Assembly (NCBI GenBank): GCA_052279835.1
Contig: CP181291.1
Coordinates: forward strand, 512,001-576,000
Origin: Microcoleus sp.
Lineage (GTDB): Bacteria > Cyanobacteriota > Cyanobacteriia > Cyanobacteriales > Microcoleaceae
Direction of reading: 5' to 3'
Length of the DNA: 64,000 bases
The notes beneath the pieces were generated by a model that made no database searches, had not been told where the DNA came from, and saw only the letters and a program-made list of their open reading frames with translations. The number at the start of each line of letters is the position of its first letter. Positions within the stretch are counted from its first letter, which is position 1. Below are positions 42,272-52,855 of this stretch, in pieces. The translations under genes were made by a program, and so were the position numbers.

Positions 42272-42646
42272 ATGAAAAACAGAGATCCCTTAGAAAATCC
42301 TGAACTCCATCGAGTAAGTCTGTTTGTACTACTCATCCCCGTCATCGGCTTTTTTCCTGCCCTGTGGAAACTTTACCGCCACCAGGGCAGCCCCGAACAC
42401 AAAGCCGTCAGCCGTTTAGCCATTGCCCTAGCTTTAAGTTGGCTGTTAGGGCATATTTTTTTAGAAGCAGGAGCCATTTCTGCGGAATCTTGGACACTTC
42501 CCATGTTATTAATGAGTAGCCTGTTGACAACCAGCTATTTCATCATCAGCCTCAGTCTGATGTTTCGGCTTTGGAGACGCCAACCACTCTGGCTCCCCGG
42601 CCTTAGCCACGTAGCCGAACAATTGGTCGGCAAACATCTATCATAA
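42272..42646 (+). CDS. Hypothetical membrane protein
   Basis: About three TM segments; [12 protein letters not shown]. Confidence 0.75.
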   Translation: MKNRDPLENPELHRVSLFVLLIPVIGFFPALWKLYRHQGSPEHKAVSRLAIALALSWLLGHIFLEAGAISAESWTLPMLLMSSLLTTSYFIISLSLMFRLWRRQPLWLPGLSHVAEQLVGKHLS

Positions 42647-42751
42647 TTTAGGGTTATTTTCTGCCCTTAGCGTATTGATTGATTGTCTCTTCAGGTTGAT
42701 ACTACAAATTGCCATTATCTTTTTTTATTCTTATTGTGTGTGAGGAAGCCA

Positions 42752-44152
42752 GTGCCAGCTCAAACAAATCCTAATCAAGACCCTACCAAACAACCAGCCA
42801 CCAATCCCTCAACCAGAAAATCTGCCCCGCCTCATCGAGGCCGTTGGCTGGGATTTGGTTTTGGTTTAGCTGGAGTCGCCATGCTCTCAGCCACAGCCGG
42901 AGCACTGTTAGCCGTTTCTCTGTCCACAACCCCGCTTCAGCAACAGAAGTTGACCCCAGAAGAAGCGGCGGTGTTTTCTCAAGGGGATATGGCCAAGCTG
43001 AGCATGAAAATGCCAGAGCTGACTCGCCCAGTAAATATTTTAGTTTTAGGACTTAAGGTTCTGAGTTCCGACCTTGACGGCCATCCCGACAAGGAACAGG
43101 GATACGATGTGTGGCAAAACTCTTTTAAAGGGTTAACTGACACCATGTTGCTGGTTAGGTTCGACCCTCAAAATCAAAAGTTAAGCGTACTTTCTATTCC
43201 GCGAGATACCCGCACCTATGTTGAAGGTAGGGGGGAGGTGAAAATCAACGAGGCTAATTACTATGGCGGTCCGGCTTCCTCAGCCAAATCGGTCAGCGGA
43301 CTCCTGGGCGGTGTGGGAATTGACCGCTATGTCACGGTCAATATTCATGGCATAAAAAGCTTAGTCGATGCCCTTGGTGGCCTGACAATTAATGTCCCTA
43401 AAGACATGAAATATACCGATGAAAGCCAGCATTTATATATAGATTTAAAGGCTGGTAAGCAGAAGCTAAACGGCGAACAAATCGTCCACTATTTGCTTTA
43501 TCGCCACGACAATTTGGGGGATATCGGTAGAGTGCAGCGCCAACAATTGTTGATGCGCGCTTTTGTGGAACAGGAAGTTAATGTCGGTCTGCTTTCTCGA
43601 TTGCCCAAAATTTTGTCGGTAATTCAGTCTCATATTGACACAAATTTGAGTGTTGAGGAATTAGTGGCTTTGGCTGGTTTTGCTACGAAAACAGATCGCT
43701 CTAGCGTGCAAATGTTGATGGTTCCAGGTAAGTTCAGCGATGCCAAGGATTACAAGGCTAGTTACTGGTTGCCGGATCAAAATGCGATCGAAACTATGGT
43801 AGCCGAACATTTTGACTTCGGTCAAAATACTTGGAAAATCGAGAATGCTGATGCGACTTTTCTGAAAGTGGCGATTCAAGATAGTACCGGCGATGAAGCT
43901 GCGGTGGAAGATTTTGTCAAGACATTGACTCGCGCAGGCTATCGCAATGTTCAAGTTTATAAAGATTGGCCAGAACCCTTGGATGTCACTACTTTTGTAG
44001 CTCAAGATGGGGATGTTAAAGGTGCCCAAGCAATTCGCCAGTCTGTGGGTTTTGGGGATGTTTTGGTTGAGAGTACCGGTTCTTTGCAATCGGATGTGAC
44101 TATCAGATTGGGCAAGGATTGGTTGAGTAAAAAGTCTAACTCAGACCGATAG
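42752..44152 (+). CDS. LCP (LytR-CpsA-Psr) family protein with LytR C-terminal domain
   Basis: NILVLG, TDTMLL, SIPRD, KINEA and R.D..GD.GR.QRQQ motifs; GTG start after GAGGA. Confidence 0.93.
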   Translation: MPAQTNPNQDPTKQPATNPSTRKSAPPHRGRWLGFGFGLAGVAMLSATAGALLAVSLSTTPLQQQKLTPEEAAVFSQGDMAKLSMKMPELTRPVNILVLGLKVLSSDLDGHPDKEQGYDVWQNSFKGLTDTMLLVRFDPQNQKLSVLSIPRDTRTYVEGRGEVKINEANYYGGPASSAKSVSGLLGGVGIDRYVTVNIHGIKSLVDALGGLTINVPKDMKYTDESQHLYIDLKAGKQKLNGEQIVHYLLYRHDNLGDIGRVQRQQLLMRAFVEQEVNVGLLSRLPKILSVIQSHIDTNLSVEELVALAGFATKTDRSSVQMLMVPGKFSDAKDYKASYWLPDQNAIETMVAEHFDFGQNTWKIENADATFLKVAIQDSTGDEAAVEDFVKTLTRAGYRNVQVYKDWPEPLDVTTFVAQDGDVKGAQAIRQSVGFGDVLVESTGSLQSDVTIRLGKDWLSKKSNSDR

Positions 44153-44234
44153 TTTTAAACATGGTATTTGTAGGGACACAGCAGTGCTGTGTCTTTTTTA
44201 CTACATCCGGCCTAGATAGCAACGGCCAAGGGTA

Positions 44235-45812
44235 TTAATCACGATCGCCCACAGGTAAACTAAGGGTGAATCCTGTTTGACCAACTATGGCAGCATCTAG
44301 CTTAATATCGCCACCGTGGGCCCTGGCTATTTCCCGTGCTAAACTTAGTCCCAATCCCGAACCTGCAATTTTTTGGGTTTGAGTAGAGTCGCCGCGATGG
44401 AAGCGATCGAAAATCCGATCGCCCTCACTCACAGAAATATCTTGAGAACTATTGACAATTTTCACAATTACTGTTTTTCCCAGACAGTTAGCCTGTAACC
44501 TGAGCCAACCCTCTGGCAAATTATATTTAATCGCATTACCAACCAGATTTTGCAAAACCTGCACCAGCAAATCGCGATCGCCCTTGATATATAAATGAGG
44601 ATCAATTGCCATTTCCACTTCTAAATCCGGTGCTAACAGTTCCATATCTTCAGCAATTTCAGCTAACAGAGCAGACAGATTCACCTCAACCCAATTTAAG
44701 CTCATCCGTCCGGCATCAGCAAGAGAAAGTAGTAAAAGTTTGCGGGTAATTTCACTCAGTCGGCGCACTTCATCCAATAACTTACTGAAAGTTTGTTGCA
44801 TTTCGGACTCCTCTGGGGCTTGATGCAAAGCCCGTTCTAGTTGACCTTGCAAAATTGCCAGCGGTGTCTTTAATTCATGAGCAGCATCTCCACTAAATCG
44901 AGAAGCTTGCTGAAAACTCCGTTCCAGACGTTCCAGCATTTGATTGAACACAGAAATTAACTCTACAAACTCTATATCCGTTGAACCGAGGGGCACGCGA
45001 CGATCGAGTCCTTGTACAGTAACATTTCGGATTGCCGTAGTTAGTCGCCCAATTGGATACAAAATACTCCGCGATATCACCCAGGCTCCACCGGCTACGA
45101 GTAAAAGGACTACAGGAATTGATATCAGAAAGATATTACCAATCGATGTCATTTCTAGATCGATCGCCTGTAAGTTAACAGCGATCGCTATTTGAGTCTG
45201 AGGAGAATGAATTGCGCCTACACGCCAAATAGTCTTGCTAGTACGCCTTGTTGCTAGCTTAGCCTCGAAAACTTGAGGAAAATCAGGTCTATCTAATTCA
45301 GGAGGCCCATCGCGCGGAGGTCTTCTTTCTCTGGGAGAGAATGAATCGGGGCGATCGAATTGAGGAGGTCGATCGCGCGGACGTCTTCTTTCTCTCCCAG
45401 AGAATGAATCAATGCCATTGAGAGGTGGAGCGGGAGGTGCTAATTCAAAAGGTATTCTCACAGGATCGGGAGGAGGTTGAGGAAGCGATCGCCAGAGTGA
45501 ATCAGCATCAATTCCATCTTGCCACTGAGTCGATTTGTAGAGCAAATTACCATCTCTGTCATTCACCAGCAAAGCCACAGTTGTTTTGCCATTCATCCCC
45601 AAAAATAATGGCAAAGAATTAGCATAATTATCCCATTGGGTTGATGCGGGACGGGTAGATTGGATTAACTGATTCTTGATTTCAGCATCAAGACGTTTCA
45701 CCTTAGCATCATAAATCAACCACCACGAAACAATACTAAAGCCAATCAGAGCCACACTAGCCAGAACAGCCGAGAATAGAGTAATCCGAAAGCGAAAAGA
45801 TTGCAGTTTCAT
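44235..45812 (-). CDS. Sensor histidine kinase (CusS/CzcS-like; HAMP-HisKA-HATPase)
   Basis: FSGDAAHELKTPL, NLVGNAIKY, IFDRF and GSGLGL motifs; Pro/Arg-rich duplicated insert in the periplasmic loop. Confidence 0.93.
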   Translation of the reverse strand: MKLQSFRFRITLFSAVLASVALIGFSIVSWWLIYDAKVKRLDAEIKNQLIQSTRPASTQWDNYANSLPLFLGMNGKTTVALLVNDRDGNLLYKSTQWQDGIDADSLWRSLPQPPPDPVRIPFELAPPAPPLNGIDSFSGRERRRPRDRPPQFDRPDSFSPRERRPPRDGPPELDRPDFPQVFEAKLATRRTSKTIWRVGAIHSPQTQIAIAVNLQAIDLEMTSIGNIFLISIPVVLLLVAGGAWVISRSILYPIGRLTTAIRNVTVQGLDRRVPLGSTDIEFVELISVFNQMLERLERSFQQASRFSGDAAHELKTPLAILQGQLERALHQAPEESEMQQTFSKLLDEVRRLSEITRKLLLLSLADAGRMSLNWVEVNLSALLAEIAEDMELLAPDLEVEMAIDPHLYIKGDRDLLVQVLQNLVGNAIKYNLPEGWLRLQANCLGKTVIVKIVNSSQDISVSEGDRIFDRFHRGDSTQTQKIAGSGLGLSLAREIARAHGGDIKLDAAIVGQTGFTLSLPVGDRD

Positions 45813-46492
45813 GATGGAGAATCCGGTTTGCGAAACCGATAGCCAACGCCCCGCACGCTCTCAACCCATCCCGTACCGCCGATGGGTTCAATTTTCTTGC
45901 GAATGCGTTGAATACAGACATCTACCACATTCGTATTCGGATTAAAATCATAGCCCCAGATATGTTCGAGGATTTGCGTGCGAGTGAGTACCCTACCGGG
46001 CGATCGCATCAGATATTCCAACAGATTAAACTCACGGGTAGTAAGTTCTACCGCATGAGAATCGCAGGTAACTTCTCGGAGAATGCGATCGAGCTTAACT
46101 GGACCAACACTGAGAATATTTTGGCGATCGCCAGAAGCCCGTCGCACCACAGCATAAATCCGAGCAACTAACTCTTCTACAAAAAACGGTTTCGCCAAAT
46201 AGTCATCAGCACCGAGATGTAACCCTTCAATGCGATCGTCTAATTCATTACGAGCCGTTAATAAAATCACAGGTACATTGCGTCCAGCCTTTCGCAGAAG
46301 TTTCAGAATAGATAACCCATCTTTTCCCGGTAAAACAATATCCAGGACGATCGCATCGTACTGATTATCCATCGCGCGATCGTAGCCATCATTACCATTA
46401 TCGCAATAATCCACCACAAAGCCTTGTTCTTTCAAACCAATACAAACAAAATTGGCGATTTTTGCTTCATCTTCAACATATAAAACATTCAT
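45809..46492 (-). CDS. OmpR-family response regulator (CusR/CzcR-like)
   Basis: VEDE, LDIVLP, GADDYLAKPF, TNVVDV and VRGVGY motifs. Confidence 0.95.
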   Translation of the reverse strand: MNVLYVEDEAKIANFVCIGLKEQGFVVDYCDNGNDGYDRAMDNQYDAIVLDIVLPGKDGLSILKLLRKAGRNVPVILLTARNELDDRIEGLHLGADDYLAKPFFVEELVARIYAVVRRASGDRQNILSVGPVKLDRILREVTCDSHAVELTTREFNLLEYLMRSPGRVLTRTQILEHIWGYDFNPNTNVVDVCIQRIRKKIEPIGGTGWVESVRGVGYRFRKPDSPS

Positions 46493-46604
46493 AGATTTAC
46501 ATCAAGTACGGGTCTGGGTAATTGGTAGCTAACAACAAATAACAAATAACAAATAACTACTGACCGATTCCGTTGTAATGATACCCCATCATTGATTTAA
46601 ATAA

Positions 46605-46620
46605 ATTACAAAATTGTAAT
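46605..46620. promoter_or_regulatory. ATTAC-N6-GTAAT palindrome (response-regulator box 1)
   Basis: ATTACAAAATTGTAAT between the divergent regulator and periplasmic-protein genes. Confidence 0.65.
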
Positions 46621-46698
46621 CTATCCGCAGAGTGGCAGGTAATGTTTCGGGAGTTTAATGTAGCTGTCAACATTTTTGGATCGGCGATATTAAATATC

Positions 46699-47085
46699 AT
46701 GAAAATTGCTTCGCTACTCGCACTACCTGCTACAGCCTTGGTGCTGGGATTTAGCAGCTTGACTTTCCCCGATCGGACTACAGCTAGTTCTTCTAATACT
46801 CTACTAGCCCAGAGCGCACCAGAACCAAGTCAAGAGCGCAGACATCCGCCCCGTATAGATTTTGCTGCTGCGGCCAAACAATTAGGAGTCACCGAAGCCA
46901 ACTTAATCGAAGCATTGGGCCTACCCCCCAAACCCCCGGAACCACCAACTGACCAAAATCGGCCCCCCTGTCCACCGCCCCCTCCTCCCTTAGATATTCC
47001 CGGTGCAGCGAACAAATTGGGAGTCACCGAAGCACAGTTGATTCAAATTTTGGGCATTCCACCCCGTCCACTCCGGCGATCGTAA
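46699..47085 (+). CDS. Small exported Pro-rich protein with duplicated AA.KLGVTEA.L motif
   Basis: Signal peptide MKIASLLAL; two internal repeats. Confidence 0.75.
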   Translation: MKIASLLALPATALVLGFSSLTFPDRTTASSSNTLLAQSAPEPSQERRHPPRIDFAAAAKQLGVTEANLIEALGLPPKPPEPPTDQNRPPCPPPPPPLDIPGAANKLGVTEAQLIQILGIPPRPLRRS

Positions 47086-47122
47086 TTTACCCCAAAATTC
47101 CGAAAAACGCTAATTTCTCCAG

Positions 47123-47138
47123 ATTACAAAACTGTAAT
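47123..47138. promoter_or_regulatory. ATTAC-N6-GTAAT palindrome (box 2)
   Basis: ATTACAAAACTGTAAT, 15/16 identical to box 1. Confidence 0.65.
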
Positions 47139-47271
47139 CCTAGCACAGGGATAAATGTCATATTCAACCAGCTTAATGATTGTAGCGACTCAAGCAAAGG
47201 GCGAGCAAGAATCAATTTCTGTAGCCTGACAACTGCTTGAAACTTAGAAAAATAATCGAGGGAATTACACC

Positions 47272-48297
47272 ATGCCACCACTATTTCCTAATCCTAATTC
47301 AATTAATACACCGGGCAATCCACCACCCCAAAATCAAGGTACACCGGGCAATCCACCACCCCAAAATCAAGGTACACCGGGCAATCCACCACCCCAAAAT
47401 CAAGGTACACCGGGCAATCCACCACCCCAAAATCAAGGTACACCGGGCAATCCACCACCTCAAAATCAAGGCGGACAACTCACCAGTTCTGCTTTACCTC
47501 TCCAAAACCCCACTCCACCCGCACCCCCAGCCAACAGTATCAATACCACAGCAGGAAACGACAATATTACCGGAGATAGTTTAGACAACTTCATCCTAGG
47601 TAGTAGCGGCACTGATAGCATAATTGGAGGATTAGGGACGGATACAATTAGCTATCTTTCCCTAGGAAGTGGCATTACCCTGAAGGCTCAAGGCCTTGTC
47701 AGCAAAGGCACAGCCGGTAATGATACCCTGCAAAGCATAGAAGACATAATTGCTCCTTTAGGACAGATTAATACCATCGATGCTTCAACAGGTAGCGGCA
47801 CAGCTTCTATTAACGTGGACTTGTCGCAGAATCGGTTAGCCGTTAACAATATACCCACTATCGGCACTCTGAATTTTACGGTAGAGAATTTCGTTAATGT
47901 CACAGGTACTCCCAATGTAGATGTCCTTACCGGAAACATCGAAAACAATACTTTAGTAGGAGGAGAAGGTAACGATACACTCTCAGGTTTGCGTGGCAAT
48001 GATACGCTAATTGGAGTAAATCCCTTGAGTGCCACACCAGGAAGTAATGAAACAGATGTGCTGATTGGGGGTCGGGGTCGAGATATTTTTGTACTAGGAG
48101 ATGCCACCAAGACCTACTATAGTGGCACCGGATTTGCATCGATTCAAGATTTTCAGGCAGGAATCGATCGCATCCAATTACGTGGAAATATTTCCAACTA
48201 CAATATTGTTGGTAATTCCATCAATTTAGCAGGTACATCAGACCAAATAGCTGTAATTCAAGGCAACTTTACACCTGATAGTTTCCTGTTTGTTTGA
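47272..48297 (+). CDS. RTX Ca-binding secreted protein with N-terminal TPGNPPPQNQG repeats
   Basis: GGxGxD repeats; C-terminal D.F.LG...I.DF..G.D.IQL. Confidence 0.85.
   Translation: MPPLFPNPNSINTPGNPPPQNQGTPGNPPPQNQGTPGNPPPQNQGTPGNPPPQNQGTPGNPPPQNQGGQLTSSALPLQNPTPPAPPANSINTTAGNDNITGDSLDNFILGSSGTDSIIGGLGTDTISYLSLGSGITLKAQGLVSKGTAGNDTLQSIEDIIAPLGQINTIDASTGSGTASINVDLSQNRLAVNNIPTIGTLNFTVENFVNVTGTPNVDVLTGNIENNTLVGGEGNDTLSGLRGNDTLIGVNPLSATPGSNETDVLIGGRGRDIFVLGDATKTYYSGTGFASIQDFQAGIDRIQLRGNISNYNIVGNSINLAGTSDQIAVIQGNFTPDSFLFV
47308..47472 (+). repeat. 33-bp tandem repeat x5
   Basis: ACACCGGGCAATCCACCACCCCAAAATCAAGGT unit. Confidence 0.95.
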
Positions 48298-48305
48298 ACT
48301 ATAAC

Positions 48306-48462
48306 TGGTTCCCAGGCTCCAGCCTGGGAACCCATATCACTCTTGCTCTGCCTCGAAAAAGGAAAATAGAAAGTCAGCCTTCCTCGCGATCGGCATTACC
48401 AGGCTCCAAAATGGAGGCAGAGCCTCCCGATCGGCATTACCAGGCCAGAGCCTGGTAACGAG
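48306..48462. repeat. REP/MITE-like palindrome cluster (CCAGGC...GCCTGG family)
   Basis: GGTTCCCAGGCTCCAGCCTGGGAACC and TTACCAGGCCAGAGCCTGGTAA; duplicated CGATCGGCATTACCAGGC. Confidence 0.75.
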
Positions 48463-48522
48463 TAGAATTTCTTCTTCCCACTTCTTCCTTCGTGTCCTTC
48501 GCGTCTTCGCGGTTCAATCCTA

Positions 48523-49428
48523 CTAACTTGCTGGCAATGCCGATCGCCCTTTAATCCAATCAAGTAAAATAGGATTCACCAATTCCGGCGCTTCATCCTG
48601 GGGACAATGGCCAACCCCCTCCAAAGGAATAAACTGTTCAACCGCCGGGTATTTAGCTAATTCTCGTCCAAGGGCGATCGGCTCCCAAGGGTCATCCGTA
48701 CCCCACAAAATCAAAGCAGGACAGCTCAAACGAGGCAACAAATCCTCCGGTAACGGGCCTTGAGAATAACTAATAAATGCTACAAACACCTCCACAGCAC
48801 CGGGATCGCGCGCTGGTTTCAACAACATTTCTATCAGTTCATCAGTAACAGCTTCAGGACGGCGATAAGCTTGCAAAAGCACTTTTCGCACTGTATTCGG
48901 CGTTGCCAATTGTTTGAAAAATAATTGACTAATCCATTTGACATTTAAAACTTTTTGTGCTATGGGCGCTCCAAAACTGCGATACCAAGGCATTTGGGCC
49001 CGTTTGCGATCGTGCAACAAGCGCAAAGAACAATTAAGTAAAACGACACCAGAAGCAATCTCAGGAAAATCCACAGCAGCTTGCATAATCGCCACACAGC
49101 CGATCGAATTTCCCACCAAAAAAGCAGGCCCCCCCGCAACTTCCCGACAAAAATCAGCAATTAGCTGACCCCAAGTCTCAAAAGAATAGTCAATTTCCAA
49201 TTTCGGCACAGGTTTAGCAGAAGCGCCAAAACCGATCAGATCGATCGCAAAACAGCGACAATCAACAGCCAATGCCGGCAAATTCTTGCGCCAATGGCCC
49301 CAAGACGCACCGAAACCGTGGACAAACACCACCGCAGGCCCCTCGGTTCCCGCAGTCTGGTAACAAATCGGAAAGCCTTTCCACACCCAAGTTTGAGGCG
49401 CGACAGTAGTTAACGTAGAAGAAGTCAT
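48523..49428 (-). CDS. Alpha/beta-fold hydrolase
   Basis: VHGFGAS, DLIGFG, GNSIG nucleophile elbow and GHCPQDE motifs. Confidence 0.93.
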   Translation of the reverse strand: MTSSTLTTVAPQTWVWKGFPICYQTAGTEGPAVVFVHGFGASWGHWRKNLPALAVDCRCFAIDLIGFGASAKPVPKLEIDYSFETWGQLIADFCREVAGGPAFLVGNSIGCVAIMQAAVDFPEIASGVVLLNCSLRLLHDRKRAQMPWYRSFGAPIAQKVLNVKWISQLFFKQLATPNTVRKVLLQAYRRPEAVTDELIEMLLKPARDPGAVEVFVAFISYSQGPLPEDLLPRLSCPALILWGTDDPWEPIALGRELAKYPAVEQFIPLEGVGHCPQDEAPELVNPILLDWIKGRSALPAS

Positions 49429-49505
49429 AGAAGTAAAAAACTCAAAATTCAACAGTACAAAAGACCAAAACCCTTAACACAAACCGTATCGCAATTCGAG
49501 GCAAC

Positions 49506-49670
49506 CTTCCTTCTTTCCCTCATCCCTCTGCGCCCTCTGCGCCCTCTGCGGTTAAATCTTCTTCCTTCTTCCTTCTTCCTTCCGCCCTTGGGGGCTGGGG
49601 GGGTTCTTCTTCCTTCTTCCTGAAGCGGTTCAGTCAGCGGAGTCGAAGGGCCTTCGTGCTTCTTCCTTGG
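49506..49670. repeat. Composite intergenic repeat (CCTCTGCGC x3, CTTCCTT heptamers, CCCTTGGGGG core)
   Basis: Read directly; related units at 2380-2420 and 48475-48515. Confidence 0.7.
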
Positions 49671-49736
49671 CAGCACGAGCCAATATTGTGCCACCATTAA
49701 AGATGCTGAATTTTTTGCCTTATTGAAATTTCCCCT

Positions 49737-50666
49737 ATGCCAACGATCATTTCCACTGCTGTCGTACCATTTCTAGGATCGGAGATAGTACCCGACTACA
49801 ACACCGCCAAAGTAGTTATCTTACCAATTCCCTACGAAGCCACCACCACCTACCGCCGGGGCTGCGAAAACGGGCCGGCGAAACTTCTTGAAGCCTCTCA
49901 TCAACTCGAATGCTACGACGAAGAACTCGATTCTGAAGTTTGCTACGATGTCGGAATTTATACAAAAGATCCGATCGCAGATACCCGCAACAGCCAACCA
50001 GTTTCATCCCTAGAAATGCTGCGAGTCACCCAAGCGGCAGTGTATCAGTTAGTTACAGAAAATAAATTTGTCATCTCCCTCGGAGGCGAACACAGCATCA
50101 CCGCCGGTGTTGTCGAAGGTTATCGCCAAGCATACCCAGACGAACCTTTCACAGTCATACAAGTTGATGCCCACGGCGACTTGCGACACGAGTATGAAGG
50201 TTCGATTCATAACCACGCCTGTGTGATGCGACGGGTGGTTGATATGGGTTTACCCACACTGCAAATCGGCATTCGTGCTATCTGTAAGGAAGAAGCTGAT
50301 TTGATTAAAGCAAAACAGCTTAATGTGATTAGAGCTAGGGAAATTGCTACTCAACCAGATTGGGCAGATCGGGCAATTGCCAGTATCACCACTAAGCGGG
50401 TATTTTTGACTATAGACTTAGATGGCATCGATCCGACTTTAATTCCTGGGGTTGGCACTCCAGAACCGGGCGGGTTAAATTGGTATTCGCTGACTGGATT
50501 TTTGCGCCGTGTCTTCGAGTCCTACGAAGTCATCGGCTGTGACATTATGGAATTAGCACCTGTTGTAGATTCTGTAGTGTCAGAATTTACTGCCGCTAAA
50601 TTAGCATACAAAATGATTGGCTATCAAGCTGTGGCTCAAGGTTGGCTAAAGCAAGACGAGGGTTGA
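49737..50666 (+). CDS. speB: Agmatinase
   Basis: LGGEHS, DAHGDLR, TIDLDGIDP, GTPEPGG and D.MELAP motifs. Confidence 0.9.
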   Translation: MPTIISTAVVPFLGSEIVPDYNTAKVVILPIPYEATTTYRRGCENGPAKLLEASHQLECYDEELDSEVCYDVGIYTKDPIADTRNSQPVSSLEMLRVTQAAVYQLVTENKFVISLGGEHSITAGVVEGYRQAYPDEPFTVIQVDAHGDLRHEYEGSIHNHACVMRRVVDMGLPTLQIGIRAICKEEADLIKAKQLNVIRAREIATQPDWADRAIASITTKRVFLTIDLDGIDPTLIPGVGTPEPGGLNWYSLTGFLRRVFESYEVIGCDIMELAPVVDSVVSEFTAAKLAYKMIGYQAVAQGWLKQDEG

Positions 50667-50877
50667 TTAACTTTAGAACATCAGCAAAAAGGATGAAAAG
50701 ATTTGTCCCACCAGCAAGCTATTTAGTCCTTGACACAACCACCGGGTTTTTGACAAAATATCCGATGGTTGTGATTGATATGGATTGAAAAATAGGGTTA
50801 AGATGGATTCAGGTTGCACTTTATATGATTCTTGACTGTTGACTGTTGACTGTGAAAAAAAATTACTAAGGGAAACA

Positions 50878-51414
50878 ATGGGTACTCCGATTAATGGCTA
50901 CGCTCCAGATTTTGAACTGCCGGGAGTTGATGAAGAAGTTCACCATTTAGCTCGATATTTAGAAAAATTTCGGGCGATCGGGGTAGTATTTATGTGCAAT
51001 CACTGCCCTTATGTAAAGTTGTATCTCGATCGCCTCAAAAAACTGCAAGCAGATTTTCAAGACGATGATTTTACTTTAATCGGGATTAATGCTAACGATG
51101 CTAATCAATATCCCGATGACAGTTTTGAAAATATGAAAGTATTTGCAGCTAACAATCAACTCAATTTTCCTTACATCCGAGATGTGGCTCAAGATGTCGC
51201 TGAAAGTTTTGGGGCTTCTAAAACACCGGAGGTATTTTTGCTAGATCGAGATGGCAGATTGCGTTACAAAGGTTTGATTGATGACAATGCTGACGATGCC
51301 GCAGGGGTACAGGTGTCTTATCTACGAAGTGCGATCGCCCAATTGCTCAAGGGTGAATCGGTAGATCCTTCGAGTACAGAGGCGATCGGCTGTTCTGTCA
51401 AATGGCGATCGTAG
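50878..51414 (+). CDS. Thioredoxin-fold AhpC/TSA-like protein
   Basis: APDFELP, CNHCPYV, TPEVFL, Y.G.IDD and IGCSVKW motifs. Confidence 0.92.
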   Translation: MGTPINGYAPDFELPGVDEEVHHLARYLEKFRAIGVVFMCNHCPYVKLYLDRLKKLQADFQDDDFTLIGINANDANQYPDDSFENMKVFAANNQLNFPYIRDVAQDVAESFGASKTPEVFLLDRDGRLRYKGLIDDNADDAAGVQVSYLRSAIAQLLKGESVDPSSTEAIGCSVKWRS

Positions 51415-51519
51415 TTTTTAATTGTTAGTTGTTATTGGTTATTAATTATTTATTTTGTTTGTTTTGAGTCTTCCAGACTCTACCTCCAATAAGCAATAAC
51501 TAATAACCACTAACCAATA

Positions 51520-51622
51520 ATATCAAATCCGGTAACATCGAAATTATTCATCTCTCTTATCTCCCTCTGTGTTCTCTGCGTTCTAGTAAGGTTAAATCAT
51601 TCCGATGCAGCCGGAAACGATA
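51520..51622. mobile_element. MITE-like element, inverted sister of 22083-22204, embedded in TAAC(T/C)AA heptamers
   Basis: ATATCAAATCCGG...CCGGAAACGATAT ends; internal CTCTGTGTTCTCTGCG. Confidence 0.65.
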
Positions 51623-51646
51623 TAACCAATAACCAATAACTAATAA

Positions 51647-52042
51647 CTAATAACTAATGCGTGGCAATTGCAAATTAGCAACTTCCACACCACTTAATAA
51701 TGGCAAAAAATCAGCCACTTTTTCCGAACCAGCTTGTTGCAAAGCATTCAATAGTTGAGTGCTTTGTTGCAGCAAATCTGCCACAGCAATTCCCGCATAA
51801 CTAGGCTGATAATAACTGAGCCGATTTATCCCTTCTCCCAACAAAATCACAGCGCCGCGCCAGTTTTGATTTCCTAAGTGATAAAGTCCCACAGAAATTT
51901 GTAAAAGTCCTTGATAAAATCTTTTTTCCGGCTCGCCTGCTTCCATCCACAAGGCCTCTAAAGTATCGTGACAAGCATAAAATTGTTTACTATTAAACTC
52001 TTCGATGCCTTGCCAAAACTCCGTCGGCATTTCCTGTTCCAT
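51647..52042 (-). CDS. DUF309 domain protein
   Basis: FN..QFYACHDTLEALW...FYQGLLQI. Confidence 0.9.
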   Translation of the reverse strand: MEQEMPTEFWQGIEEFNSKQFYACHDTLEALWMEAGEPEKRFYQGLLQISVGLYHLGNQNWRGAVILLGEGINRLSYYQPSYAGIAVADLLQQSTQLLNALQQAGSEKVADFLPLLSGVEVANLQLPRISY

Positions 52043-52266
52043 TGGGTTTTAAATTTAAGATTTGAAATTGTTGATTCCAGAAATTCATCAGACATCTTGA
52101 ATAATTATTGTGGGTTGTCCTCCCGCCATTGACTAGCTTTTTTGGGAGCAACCTATTGTAGTAGGCGGATTTGATTAAAAGTTTTGATAGCTAAGTCTTA
52201 AAAATATCTATACATAAAAACTTGTTTTCAAAACTGCGGCTAGTTAACGCCCGCCTACTTAACTGA

Positions 52267-52641
52267 TTACATAGTCTCTCTGACTGCTTGAAGCTGATCC
52301 ATTCCAATTTCCTGACTCGTTCCAGCAAAATCATTGTCTGGTGTCAAAAATAACATACAATGACATTCTTTGCGCTCGCGCATGGGAATGCAGGGACAAT
52401 TCCAGTAGGCTGCTTTTACCTCGGCCTCTTTGTCTTCGTAGTGCCGACAAGGGCATAGGGGAGCACCTAGTTCGTCTTTGTTTTTTGCTAGTCCTTCAAT
52501 TACGACTGCGGTGACAGAAAGCTCGGAACAAAAGTAAGTCCCGGTGCGCTTGGCGTAAGTTTCGGAGAAATTCTTCATAGCCTCCAAGGTTTTTTCGTTG
52601 GAGAGTTTGGATTTTTCTGTTGTGTTCTCTGTTGTATTCAT
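52267..52641 (-). CDS. ftrC: Ferredoxin-thioredoxin reductase catalytic subunit
   Basis: LCPCRHY, WNCPC.PM and ECHCMLF motifs. Confidence 0.97.
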   Translation of the reverse strand: MNTTENTTEKSKLSNEKTLEAMKNFSETYAKRTGTYFCSELSVTAVVIEGLAKNKDELGAPLCPCRHYEDKEAEVKAAYWNCPCIPMRERKECHCMLFLTPDNDFAGTSQEIGMDQLQAVRETM

Positions 52642-52855
52642 AGTTTAGGATCGGAGTTGAGGATGTCACGAGCTTTTCATGATTGTACCGCAGAAGGTGA
52701 TTTTAAACACTTGATATTTATGTAATTTAAAATCTACTTGACTGGGTAACGCAGACTTAGGGGGAAGTGGTGTCAGAGTTAAGGGCACCGACGGCTAGCT
52801 ATGTTTACGCACTGCTGCCTGGTGGTAAAGCATTTGAAATTGTGGGCGATCGCAT

